Positions 37,761 to 50,844 of a stretch of DNA of 64,000 nucleotides are shown here, piece by piece. Under the pieces are notes generated by a model, which saw only the letters and a program-made list of their open reading frames with translations, did not search any database and had not been told where the DNA came from. A program made the position numbers and the translations under genes. Within the stretch, counting starts at the first letter, position 1. Each line of letters starts with the position of its first letter. Source of the DNA: Octopus vulgaris (Eukaryota); the NCBI GenBank assembly GCA_951406725.2, contig OX597836.1, positions 20,336,001-20,400,000 of the forward strand. The letters run 5' to 3'.

Positions 37761-38085
37761 ATGCATAAAAAATTTGTACAATAATTAAAATTTTGGGAGT
37801 GAAATTTTAAAACTCTTTAATAGGATTATCATCATCATTTAGGATGGTTGATTAACAGAAGCATTGGAAGGAAATGCTTTACATTATTAGTTTCAGATTT
37901 TTATGGTGTGAGAGTATATCTCAGATTTGAGGTCAACTTTTACCAATTGGGGTTGATAAAATAAGTACCAGTCAAGTGCTAAGATATCAGTGGTATTGAC
38001 TAACACCTCTCCCCTTAAAAAATTGTTTACCTTGTGCCAAAATTTTGAAACCATCATTATTATTATTATTATTTTTCTTTTCTAG

Positions 38086-38223
38086 TCGACTTATGATGGA
38101 ACCTTCGACACATTCCCACATGACAGCACGACAACCCATAAAGAAAGTGAACGTCACCAATTGTTACGAGAAGTCCGTTACTATGGAAATAGAGACACCC
38201 GGCCAAATGTATCATTTGCTTAA
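38086..38223 (+). CDS. LRP1: LRP1-like exon 22 (terminal): tail with ExxxLL, stop codon
   Basis: tctag|TCG phase 0 matches exon 21; STYDGTFDTFPHDSTTTHKESERHQLLREVRYYGNRDTRPNVSFA* (ERHQLL parallels LRP1 EKRELL); TAA at 38221-38223. Confidence 0.8.
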   Translation, partial: STYDGTFDTFPHDSTTTHKESERHQLLREVRYYGNRDTRPNVSFA

Positions 38224-38700
38224 AACTACGATTTTATTTTTTTGTTTATATATTTGTTTTCATATCCTTCATCATCTCGCCTCCTCCTCACACCCCCAAA
38301 GTATTACTGTGCAAACTGATCCTCAAACTTGAGAAACGCCTCCAGTTCAACGTGGCACGGTGTGAAGTTACTCACAATCATCGGGATTGAATATTTTAAT
38401 TGTATTATCAATTTTTTTTTTTTTTTTTCTTGTGATGAAAACAATTTTTTGTAATGGATATTTTGCTAGAGGGAAAGAAGAGAAAAATAAATCAAACGAA
38501 AAATGATGGACTTTAAGGAATTTTGTGGAAGCATTTTGGAAAGTTAGCAATGACAAAAGGAAGAAATGAAGGTTTGAAAAAGAAAGAAAGAAAGAATGAG
38601 AGAGAGAAAAAAAAGAAAGAGAAGGAAAAAAAAAGAAAAAAATCACTGTGTTGTTTTCCTTCTTTCTAAAATAAAAAATTAAAAAAATAAAAACATTATA
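38224..38700 (+). other. Putative 3'UTR of the LRP1-like gene with candidate AATAAA signals
   Basis: Follows the stop codon; AATAAA near 38486, 38670 and 38686 in A-rich sequence; true cleavage site unknown. Confidence 0.4.
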
Positions 38701-39719
38701 ATAATAATAATAATCTTTAATTAACCATTAAATAATTTTCAGAGGAAACAAGACAAAAAAAAAGAAAAAAAAAGTAAGAAAGAAAAGAAAATGAACCATT
38801 GTATATTCATCCAATTTTTTAAAAAATCTGCTGAAATAATCTGGAGATATCATTAATCATTTCTGTGTTTGGTGTGTGTATATATGTATGTATTATATAT
38901 ATTGTATATGTATGTATTATATATATTATATATGCATGTGTATTTAAGAAAAAAATACTTACAGGCTAAGATTGCTTGATGGGGGAAAATTCTATCATTT
39001 GCAAGGCATTCTGTGGTGTCACCATGGCTTTTGACCAGTTTGACTGTTTGTATTGTCTTCTTATGTATGTTGACACTCTACACTGAGTACTTGGGTCTTT
39101 TGTTCAAACTATATCTATATGCAGTGAGATGGGGTGTTTTTGTGTGTATATACAATTGAGTTGAAGCTAGTGTTTTTTTTTTTTTTTCCAAAAAAAGTAT
39201 AATATTCACTGTAAAAAACCAAAAAAGATAAGGCCCCATACAGGGGAACAGTCTAAGGTCTGAGTAGAACTTCAGTGTTTCACAATCAACAGCTCGTCAG
39301 TCAGTGAAGAGTGAAAGGTAAGACTAAGAGGGAAAATTTATTGACCACGGGGCAGTGAATTAAGAAGGATGATTTTAATAGCTGAAACAGAGAGAAGAAT
39401 GTTTAGATTTTAAAATATATTGTCATGCATATATATGAGGGATGATCTAAATTGGTCATGGACAAACTGTGGCTCACTGGACCTTCTCAATGACATGCCT
39501 AATGAAAAATTATCCTGATTTTTTTTTTTTTTTTTTTAGTGCAGCTTGTCTGATGATAAGCTGTCTCACGCAGCCCTTTTCTCAAAGAAATGGTTGCCCA
39601 TGCCTGATAGATATATATAAGGATATATATATTATATATACATACTAGGAAAAATTAGCATATAAGATGTACATGTATTGAGATGGAAGTACTTTCACAA
39701 CATAAATATATACAAACAT

Positions 39720-40113
39720 AGGCGCAGGAGTGGCTGTGTGGTAAGTAGCTTGCTAACCAACCACATGGTTCTGGGTTCAGTCCCACTGCGTGGCATCTTG
39801 GGCAAGTGTCTTCTGCTATAGCCTCGGGCCGACCAATGCCTTGTGAGTGGATTTGGTAGACGGAAACTGAAAGAAGCCTGTCGTATATATGTATATATAT
39901 ATGTGTTTGTGTGTCTGTGTTTGTCCCCCTAGCATTGCTTGACAACCGATGCTGGTGTGTTTACGTTCCCCGCCACTTAGCGGTTCGGTGAAAAGAAACC
40001 GATCGAATAAGTACTGGGCTTACAAAGAATAAGTCCTGAGGTCGATTTGCTCGACTAAAGGCGGTGCTCCAGCATGGCCGCAGTCAAATGACTGAAACGA
40101 GTAAAAGAGTAAA
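39720..40113 (+). mobile_element. SINE family A
   Basis: Full-length copy. Confidence 0.9.
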
Positions 40114-41997
40114 CCGTGTATCTGTCTAGGTACAAGCATAGTTGTGTAATTAAGGAGTTTACTTTTGTTTAACTGTTTTTCCATGATATCATGTGTTGGA
40201 CGGGGACTAACTTCTGACAGCCCTTTACAGTTGGATGTTGTTCTTGTCATTGAAACCATTTTTCAAAGAGGAGCTTGTTTTTCTTTATTTTCACATCATT
40301 GGTTTTAGAAAGTGCAGAGCAGTCAGTTGTAATGCAAACGTTGTATCACTGTTTTGCTCAAAGTTTTAAAATGTTAATTCACACACCTAAGTATTTGCGT
40401 GTGCGCTCTGTTCTATTCACAAGGCATTGGCCAGTGTGTATATGTAAAGGATAAAGACTCCCTTTGGTCACAAATGACTATGGAATTGCATCTAGGCACA
40501 AATCAAGGCAAGGTTGTTTGTGGAAGATCAACAGTCACCCATGCATACCAATACCCTCTGCCATGTTATCAATGTTGTCCAAGGGAAAGGCAAAGGGGCC
40601 GATACAGCTTAGCACCTATGATGTCGCAACTCATTTCTACAGCTGAGTGAACTGGAGCAACGTGAATTAAAGTGTATTGCTCAAGAACACAACACACAAC
40701 CCAGTCTAGGAATCGAACTCAGAATCTCATGACCGTAAGCTCAATGCTCTAACCTCTGAGTTCTTCACTGGGCTGTGTGTGTATGAAACAAAATTGATTC
40801 AAGTGAAGAGACTTAGAGTGATCATTGGCATGAATTTGGATTAGAGAAATGAAAAAGGTATACTAGGTACATGATAAATGAGAGAAAGTAAACAAATGAC
40901 TAAGGGTGGTTGATTAATCAGTCTCTTGAATTAAGATACCATTATAGAAAATAATACAAGTCTTCTTTGGAGACCAGACAGCTGTAAACGTGTTTCTACT
41001 TTAATGGACATCATCTTACCTGGACTGCCGCTAGACATAAGACAATCATATATAGGTGTGTGTTTATGTATATACATATAACAACTCTACTCACACATTT
41101 GGTGGTCCAGGGCTGTACTAAATGACCCTTGTGCTAGAGGACAGTGGGACTGAACCCAAAACCATCACTTAGTTGCAAGGCAAAGTTCTTAACCATTCAG
41201 CCATGCCTGTGCCTATATCACTACACACACACACAAAGTGAATATAAGAACCAGAAGATGTATGTAAAGGAGCCCACACTTCATTCTACGCACAATACTG
41301 GATTGTTTAAATATGTATGGAAAATATATAACAATGTAATATATATGAAGAACTTCAGTAGATAGAAACTGAAAGAACCCCATTATATATATATAATCAT
41401 GTCAAAGGGAAATGGAATTTAATTAAAATTAAAACATTCAATCAAAATTTACATTTCCAGTGGTCTAACGTGCAAAAAAAAATTAGTCAAGAAGACTATA
41501 TATAAGTCTGTTTACAGAACCTAGCTGTTCTTTCTAGCGTGCTGAATTCTCTATTAGTGGATTTCTTATGTGTTTAAATATACACTATATCGTATGACTT
41601 ATATATATATATATATATAAAACAACTTTCAGGAGCAATAGTGATTTATTGAGCCAGAAGGTTGTGGATATCATCAACTCCATTCCTTAACTATGTGTGT
41701 GTGATTGTTAATTTACACTATGCTGTAAAAAGTGTTGCCATGATTTGTTGACATTTCTTGTCAGACAAATCAACTGTTAACTCTGTGCTTTTGAATTCCT
41801 AAAGGATAAAAATAATAAAAAGTCCTCATACTTGAAACACAGGTGAAGATTTATGCTAGATAGAGCAGCCAGCTATAACAAAAAATCCCACCCTAAACAT
41901 CATTGGCAAAACAGGCATTAAACAAATTATAAAAGATAGATATTTACTTGTTTCAGTCATTTCACTGTGTCCATGCTGGGGCATCACCTAAAAGGTT

Positions 41998-42380
41998 TTA
42001 CTTTTCAACATAGTCTTCCTTGCAGTCCATACACTTCTTTCATCGGTGTTGCAGGGCTTCGATCCCATTGGTGAAGAAGCTTTCTTCCTGTTGGTCAAAA
42101 AAAATCATCAACAGCATATATGATGTCATCATCATTGTGACACTGGTTCGTTGGGGGGGCAAAACCCTTTTTCTGCAGGTACTTCATAATGCTGTGATGT
42201 GAAATTTTGTCCATTTTCAAGAGAGGTTACTAGTTAGTTTTGAAGTCCTTTTTAAACAGTCAGACGTCGGTTTACCTGGAAAGAAAGAATGCAGTTATTA
42301 ACAAGCAGTTGAAATTAATACATGCAAGATTTCACAGCTTTAATATCACTCCTTCATATGAACTTTTCAGCCTACCCACA
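41998..42380 (-). mobile_element. Internally deleted mariner transposon remnant
   Basis: N-terminus MDKISHHSIMKYLQKKGFAP joined to C-terminus ...FFTNGIEALQHR*KKCMDCKEDYVEK*; TIR-like GTGGGTAGGCTGAAAAGTTC next to TA. Confidence 0.8.
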
Positions 42381-43597
42381 CATATATATATACAAAGGGC
42401 TTCCACACAATTTCCATCTGCCAAATTCACTCTCAAGATATTGATTGGTGAGCTCAAGGCTACAGTAGAAAGCAGCACTTGCTCAAGGTGTCCTGTAGTG
42501 AGTTTGAACCCAAAGCCACAGTTGCAAAGTGAGCTTCCTAACTACACAGCCATACCTCAGCTTCTATATAATAAAGAAGAGAGATGAGCAAAAATATGTA
42601 AATACTAATAATTTAGTGAAAATAATTAGTCTCTAAATTAAATTTAAATGCTGGAAGTGATTCCTTGTATTTGAATATAGAAAATGGTATTTTTTTTTTA
42701 TACATACGTGATACCAATTCAAACTATCTGGCCTTGACTCCACTTACATGAAGTAGTTCCTTATATTTAAAATTCTGGTACCACTTCTTAGTGTAACACA
42801 ATATTCAGGCCCTGCAATTGAAATAGACAATAAAGAATTATAATAAAACTACTAAGAACAATGAAGGAGTCAGCAAGTAAAAGTTTAGGGTTTATATAAC
42901 AGCAGATAAGGAGAAGGATTGATAGAATTTAAAGGTTTGGAAATTGACAGTAAAATAGTGAAAGACAAGAGATAGATGTTTTTGATGCTGAGAAACCAAA
43001 GAACTGCTAGATAATGGAAGTGGAGGGAGGTGGGTGGGTGTTATCCTCTACCCCTTAACAACTGGTCTTTGTTTGTGTCCACTGTAGCAAAGAAAGAGAG
43101 CCTGTTTTGAAGGAGATCAATTGAGTCATTATGTGGTAAGAAGCTTGCTTCCCCACCACATGGTTCTGGGTTCAATTATGCCTTGGACTAATGTGTGTTG
43201 CTTAAAAACTGTATTTATGTCTCCATAATTTAGCAGTTCAGCAAAAGAGACCAATAGAATAATTACCAGGCTTTAAAAATAAAAGGGAAACAAGTACTAG
43301 GGTAAATTCATTCAACTAAAATTCCTCAAGGCCGTGCCCCAGCATGGCCACAGTTTAAAGACTGAAACAAGTAAAAGACAGATGTTTCTGTGGGTTTGTA
43401 TAAAATAAGGTGTGATTGCTGTTTTATGGAGAAAATGAGAAAATATAAGCTGATAGTGTAGTGGAAGTTTGTTAAGGATGAAAAAAAGGAATAGAATTTG
43501 TCGGTGAATGTTATTTGTTGTTTTTCACTTCAAAAATATTATCTTCCAATAATTGTGTGTATATATGTATATATATACATATATATATATATATATA

Positions 43598-44075
43598 CAT
43601 CATCATCATCATCGTTTAGCGTCCGTTTTCCATGCTAGCATGGGTTGGACGGTTCTACTGGGGTCTGTGAAGCCAGAAGGCTTCATCAGGCCCAGTCAAA
43701 TCTGGCAGAGTTTCTACAGCTGGATGCTCTTCCTAACGCCAACCACTCCGTGAGTGTAGTGGGTGCTTTTTACGTGCCACCCGCACAGGTGCCAGACAGA
43801 GCTGGCAAACGGCCACGAACGGATGGTACTTTTTATGTGCCACCGGCACAAGGGCCAGGCGAGGCTGGCAACGGACACGAAACGGGGCGGTGCTGGCAAC
43901 GGTCGCGAAACGGAAGGTTCTCTTACATGCCACCGGCACTGGTAACACATCTGCAATTTCCATTGATCGATATATATATATATATATATATACATATATA
44001 TATACATACATATATATATATATATAGTCCAACCCATGCTAGCATGGAAAGCGGACATTAAACGATGATGATGAT
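43598..44075 (-). mobile_element. RTE-LINE 3'UTR copy with an inverted second tail
   Basis: Minus-strand copy 43598-43965, (TA)n spacer, then a 49-bp plus-strand tail 44027-44075. Confidence 0.8.
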
Positions 44076-46054
44076 ATATATACACACACATATATGTTTA
44101 GATATAAATATATAAGCATATGTCTGTGTGTATGTATATTTATATATACAGATGTACAAGATATGCCAAAGGTAAGCAGTGTTAGCGTTTGTAGCAACTG
44201 ACTAAGGGATACAGGTGTGTATATGTAATATGTAAAAGCTTGTGCATGTATAATATATGTATGCAATTATATGTAATATGTTTAAGTTTGAATGTATATA
44301 CATACACACAACACTCAGTCTCACATTTTAAAATCATTCCTTTCATGGTTATATATATATATAAAAAAAAAAAAAAAGAAAAACTTAAAGGGGTGTTGCA
44401 TATTTTAATTAAGTCTCTATGAACTGCTTAATTGGAACTAGCGTAAAAAAAAAAGGATATACATAGGTTTAATATACACCTGTATATCAAATGGTACAGC
44501 CTCGTCTCTCTCTCTCTCTCACACACACACACATACAGAGACTGTCACGTCAGTTTCTTGCTGAGAATTGCATTAAGGGTACATGTCTGTGGAGTACTCA
44601 GCCATCTAGACGTTTATTCAATGAGCAGGTAATTCAGTTTATTAAACCACTGGATACGCATTATTGAACAACTGAGACCCACCACCACCACAATACTTAC
44701 ACACATACATACATACGTATATATATATAAAATAACAACAAAAATTTTCAAGTATTATAGAAAAAAATGTAAATATATATTTTTTAAAATTCACTGACAC
44801 AATTGTTTTTTTCTTTTTGTTTTCATTTTATTTTTTCATTGTTTTGAGTATTTTTGTTGGAGTAGTTTGTTTTATTTTTTGTATTCTTATTATTAAGACA
44901 GCAATCTGGCAGGGTCAAATGCCACCAAGATCAACTTAGCCCTTCTTTTGGTATTGGTGACTGTGGGGTGTCAATAAAATAAAGTGCCAGGGATGTACTG
45001 GGATTGGTGGGATCAACTAACCCCCACCTCTCAAAACTGTTGGCTTTGTACCTAAATCAGAAACAATTATTATTATTGATAATAATAAGCAGAGTGGAGA
45101 GCTGGCAGAACCATTAGCACACCATGCAAAAAGCTTAGTGGCATTTCATCTGTCTATATGTTCTGAGTTCAAATTCTGCCACGATTGATTTTGTCTTCCA
45201 TCCTTTTGAGGTTGATTAAATAAATACCAGTCAAGCACTGGAGTTAATGTAATCAACTTACCCCATTCCCCGAAATTGCTGGCCTTGTGCCAAAATTTGA
45301 AACCATTTCTACTGCTAATAAAAATCATTCGTTCGTTTAATGTCCGTTCTCCATGCTAGCATGGGTTGGACAGTTCGACCAGGGTCTGGAAAGCCAGGAG
45401 GCTGCACCAGGCTCCAGTCTTATCTGGCAATGTTTCTACAGCTGGATGCCCTTCCTAACGCCAACCACTCCGAGAGTGTAGTGGGTGCTTTTTACGTGCC
45501 ACCCGCACAGGTGCCAGGCGAGGCTGGTGACGATAATAATTCAGAGTTATGTCAAGGGGTGAGACATCTCTCTCCTTTATTCTGAGATCAAATCCCACCA
45601 AGGCCAATTTTGACTTTCATCTTTTTTAGGGTCAGTGAAATAAGCACCACTGGAATTGACGTAATCGACTAGCCCCCTCACCCCAAATTTCAAGCCTAAT
45701 ATTATTATCGATGCAGCAAGCTGGCAGTCATTTGAGCCTTAGGTAGAATACTTCACAGTATCTGTTTGAGCTCTTTATATTCCAAGTTCAAATCTCACCG
45801 TAGTTACCTTTGTCTTTCATCACTCTGAGGTTGATAAAATAAAGAACCAATCAAATAATGGGGTTGATTTAACCCACTAATCCTAATCCCACTAATTCAA
45901 AAACAAGCCAAGTGGATTGGCAAAATCATGAGAGCATCAAATTGACTCAAAGTATTTATTCCAGATCTGTACATTCTGAGTTCAAATCCCACCATGATCG
46001 ACTTTACCTTTCACCCTTCATTTCCTTTTCCCTGGTCTTGTATCTATCTTTCAA

Positions 46055-46279
46055 TCTTTTACTTGTTTCATTGGGCTGCTGCCATTCTGGGGCACCACCA
46101 TAAAGTGTTTTAGTCAAACACATCGACCCCAGGACTTATTCTTTGTAAGCCTGGTACTTATTCTATCGGTCTCTTTTGCCGAATCGCTAAGTAACGGGGA
46201 CGTAAATATAACAGCATCGGTTGTCAAGCGATGTTGGGGGGACAAACACAAACACACACATATATACATATATATATAC

Positions 46280-46333
<54 letters not shown>

Positions 46334-46396
46334 CATATATACATACATATACATATATATATACATATATACATACATATACATATATATATATAT

Positions 46397-46449
<53 letters not shown>

Positions 46450-46451
46450 AT

Positions 46452-46489
<38 letters not shown>

Positions 46490-46863
46490 TACATATACAT
46501 ATATATACTTATATATATACATATACATATATATATATACTTATATATATATACATATACATATATATACATATATATATATACATATATATACATATAT
46601 ATATATACATATATATACATATATATATATAATATATATACATATATATATATACATATATATATATACATATATATACATATATATATACATATATATA
46701 CATATATATATACATATATATATACATATATATACATATATATATACATATATATACATATATATATACATATATATATATATACATATATATATATACT
46801 TATATATATATATATACATATATATACATATATATATACATATATATACATATATATATATAC

Positions 46864-46894
<31 letters not shown>

Positions 46895-47115
46895 CATATA
46901 TATACATATATATATACATATATATATATACATATATACTGTATATATATACGACAGGCTTCTTTCAGTTCCTGTCTACCAAATCCACTCACAAGGCGTT
47001 GGTCGGCCCGAGGCTATAGTAGAAGACACTTTCTCAAGGTGCCACACAGTGGGACTGAACCCAGAACCATGTAGTTGGTAAGCAAGCTACTTACCACACA
47101 GCCACTCCTGCACCT
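46055..47115 (-). mobile_element. SINE family A with central microsatellite expanded to about 700 bp
   Basis: SINE halves at 46055-46255 and 46950-47115 flank a (TA)n/(TACA) compound array. Confidence 0.88.
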
Positions 47116-47384
47116 ATGCAATGAGATTCATCACAGTTTCCATCTTCTAAATCAACTCACAAGGCACTGATCGGCCTGGGGCTATAGGAGAAGACACTGC
47201 CCAAGATACCCAGCAGTGGGATTGAACCTTAACCACACAGCTATGCCTGCATAGATTTTCCTCTTTTTTTCTTCTTTATCTTATTTTGTTCTTGTTTGTT
47301 CCATAAAGAATTTTACTGTTTCACACTCCATGACATTTAATTGCCAAAGAAATTTTAAAACCAACAAATTAAAAATTTTGGATT

Positions 47385-47770
47385 ACTCTTTACTCTTTTA
47401 CTTGTTTCAGTCATTTGACTGTGGCCATGCTGGAGCACCACCTTTTTAGTCGAGCAAATCGACCCCAGCACTTACTCTTTGTAAGCCTAGTACTTATTCT
47501 ATCGGTCTCTTTTTGCCGAACCACTAAGTTACGGGGACGTAAACACACCAGCATCGGTTGTCAAGCGATGTTGGGGGGACTAACACAGACACACAAACAT
47601 ATACACATACACATATACGACGGGCTTCTTTCAGTTTCTGTCTACCAAATCCACTCACAAGGCTTTGGTCAGCCTGAGGCTATAGTAGAAGACACTTGCC
47701 CAAGGTGCCACGCAGTGGGACTGAACCCGGAACCATGTGGCTGGTTAGCAAGCTACTTACCACACAGCCA
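47385..47770 (-). mobile_element. SINE family A
   Basis: Reverse-complement copy. Confidence 0.88.
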
Positions 47771-48220
47771 AAAGAAAAATTTTTGTTTCCCCTCAATCCG
47801 TTCCACCTTCAATCACCTTTACAAACATCCCAAGAATTTAAAATAATAAACTATCTCAGTAGACGGATTATAAAATAAAGGTTAAAATAGGAAATAACTC
47901 AATAAATTAATCCTGAGTATTTCAAAAAGAAACTGGGGAAGGACAGAAAGGTATTTTTTATACTCTTTTAAATGCTTTCACAAAATTACAAAATATTACA
48001 TGAAAACTGGAGATGATTTAAACTGGCCCAAATATTCTACCTGTTTTAGGTTCAAACTGGCCAGATCCAACCTCTTGCACCTACCCTACAATGTCAGTCT
48101 ACAATGACGTCATTTAAATCTAGAAGCAGTGAGATAATCCATGATTAATTCAAAACAATGTGAATAAATAAGGATTACATTTGACAGAGTAATCTGAACG
48201 CTAAAGGGTTACACTCTAAA

Positions 48221-48452
48221 GGCGGTGAGCTGGCAGAAATGTTAGCACGCCGGGCGAAATGCTTAGCGGCATTTTGTCTGCGTTACGTTGTGAGTTCAAA
48301 TTCCACCGAGGTCGACTTTGCCTTTCATTCTTTCGGGGTTGATAAATTAAGTACCAGTTACGCACTGGAGTTGATGTAATTGACTTAATACCTATGTCTG
48401 TCCTTGTTTGTCCCCTCTGTGTTTAGCCCCTTGTGGGTAATAAAGAAATAGG
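48221..48452 (+). mobile_element. SINE family B
   Basis: Full-length copy; TSD GGTTACACTCTAAAG. Confidence 0.9.
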
Positions 48453-50306
48453 TTACACTCTAAAGAAAAACTTGATGGGGATCACAAAGTGAAATTTCTT
48501 TATAATTCTAATTGAAACGGAATAGACATGGCTGTGTGGTTAAGAAGGTTGATTTGAAACCCTGTGGTTATGAGTTCAATCCCATGCTGTGGGATTGAAA
48601 CTGCAACCATTGCTTTTGAACAAGTATTTTATACTAGAGTTAATTTTGAATGACTGATGAATTGACTTGTGAGTGGAATTTGGTACATGGAAACTGTGGA
48701 AACCTGTCAGGTATATGTGTGTGCATGTCTGTGTATATAGTAGTTGCGTGAGTGAGTGTGTATATATGCATGCATCGACTTAGCCTTTCATCCTTTCAGG
48801 GTCGATGAATTTAGTACCAGTTACGCACTGGGGTCGACTTAATCCCGTTTGTCTCCTCTGTGTTTATCCCCTTGTGGGTAGTAAAGAAATATATATGTGA
48901 GTATTCATGTGTGTGTATTGGGTTGTGTCCCTTTATATCTAGAGGTACCTTAGCCATTTGATTCACAGAGGTCAATAAAAGAAGTACTGGACGGCGGTGG
49001 GTATTGATACGATTGGTTAAGACCTTTGACATTTACACTCCAGCATGGTCACAGTCCAAAGATAGAAACCAGCAGTAAAAAAAATTAAAGGAAATAAGAA
49101 ATAATCGTTCTTTATAAACCCTACCAAAAAAAAGGAAGTGGGGGAGGGTGAGTTTCTGGTTCATGGAGGATGGAGATCCTTCCTGAGTCTTATAGATTCA
49201 TAGGGTTGGTTTCCCAGTTTATGTGGTGGATGTATTCTGCCCCTGGATGGGACAACATTCCATCACAGGATTACTCATTTTTGCCAGCTGATTGAACTAT
49301 GGAGGACTGGATTAAAGTATCCTTCTTGTTGGTTCTGCAACAGCCAATCATCACTGATGTAAATAAATTCCTTTGTACCAAGTATTTTCACATCACTTCC
49401 TCCTGCACTCTCCTTCATCAAATTTCACTGACAAATTGTGTAACCATATACCAGAAATCACCTTCTCACTGCACACCTCTACAAGCCAAAACAGGAGACC
49501 TCTGTGCAGTCACTTAGTCTGTTAGAAACAGTAACTAAACTTGCTTCAAATCACACATGCAAGCCAATGAGGGAACCTCTATACAGTTGCTCAACATGCA
49601 AGAAACAGTTGCCAAACCTCATTCAAATTACACCCCACAGATATACACTTCCATACAGGCCAACAAGGAGTCCTCTTCGCAGTCACTTAATACCCTAAAA
49701 ATAGGAGCGAAATCTCTCCACTGGCATATACACCCATAGAAGCTGGAGTGGTTGGCGTTAGGAAGGGCATCCAGCTGTAGAATGTCTAAAATGTTTACTG
49801 CTTGATAAGGTCTCATCTGGCCTCAAATAACATGTGCACACACACACACACACTCTCTCTCTCTCTACTCTCCACCCACTTCTCTCCAGTTCTCAAATGT
49901 AGTTATTTTGTTTTGAATGCCTTCTACCAAAGAAGGCATTCACTTCTTTGCCGTGAATTTGGTGCAATTTCTATTAACAAAAAACAGCAACTGTTTTTCT
50001 TGCATGCACACGAATGTACACACATACATTTTATTTTGGTTGGGTCAGTCTGTCTCTTGCTACTCTGAGTTTTACCTGTGAGTCTGCCTGAAGACCCTGT
50101 GTACTCACAGATGAGCAACAGACTGACTCAACCAAAACAAATATCATTAATCTATACTGTAGCATCAAGTACACTTTTTCCTAGCAGTATATATATAACC
50201 ATATTGTCGTATGGTTAACACCATATAGATTTCCGGTGCATCCTAGTTAAGGACCATATTCATGTGAATTCATTGGAACTCACTTGAATCTCAATTACTT
50301 AAACCG

Positions 50307-50338
<32 letters not shown>

Positions 50339-50538
50339 ATAATAATAAAAATATTAGGGAGTATGGCTCCAAACTTACAAGGAAAAATAGTGGTTTTATC
50401 TCTAATTTAATTTATATATATATATATATAATTTCAACAATTGAGGGTAAAATTAATTAATAATTAATTAATTATTAATCAATTTCACCAAGTGTTCAGT
50501 ATGCAAAGGGACCATTTAAGGCGAATTCAAATTATTAC

Positions 50539-50812
50539 ATTATATAAAAGGGCTTAGTAAAATAAATTACTTTGCCGCATACTGAACTCATTAGAAATAG
50601 CAGCTAAAAAACTTTTTTAAAACTATTTCTAATACTTAAAGAAAACCTCTCTCGTATAGTGTTTGCTCAACTCAACTCGTGAGTTGAGTTGAGCAAACAC
50701 TATACGAGAGAGGTTTTCTTTAAGTATTAGAAATAGTTTTCAAAAAGTTTTTTAGCTGCTATTTCTAATGAGTTCAGTATGCGGCAAAGTAATTTATTTT
50801 ACTAAGCCCTTT

Positions 50813-50820
<8 letters not shown>
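50539..50820. repeat. 282-bp palindrome with 140-bp arms
   Basis: Centre CAACTC-GT-GAGTTG at 50679-50680; one mismatch seen between arms. Confidence 0.95.

Positions 50821-50844
<24 letters not shown>

Noticed and set aside
38045-38332. 95-aa ORF overlapping the terminal exon
   Set aside because: Different frame from the phase-0 reading that gives the LRP1-like ExxxLL tail; it begins in intronic polypyrimidine sequence
46187-47081. ORFs of 237 and 286 aa
   Set aside because: Stop-free compound microsatellite inside a SINE
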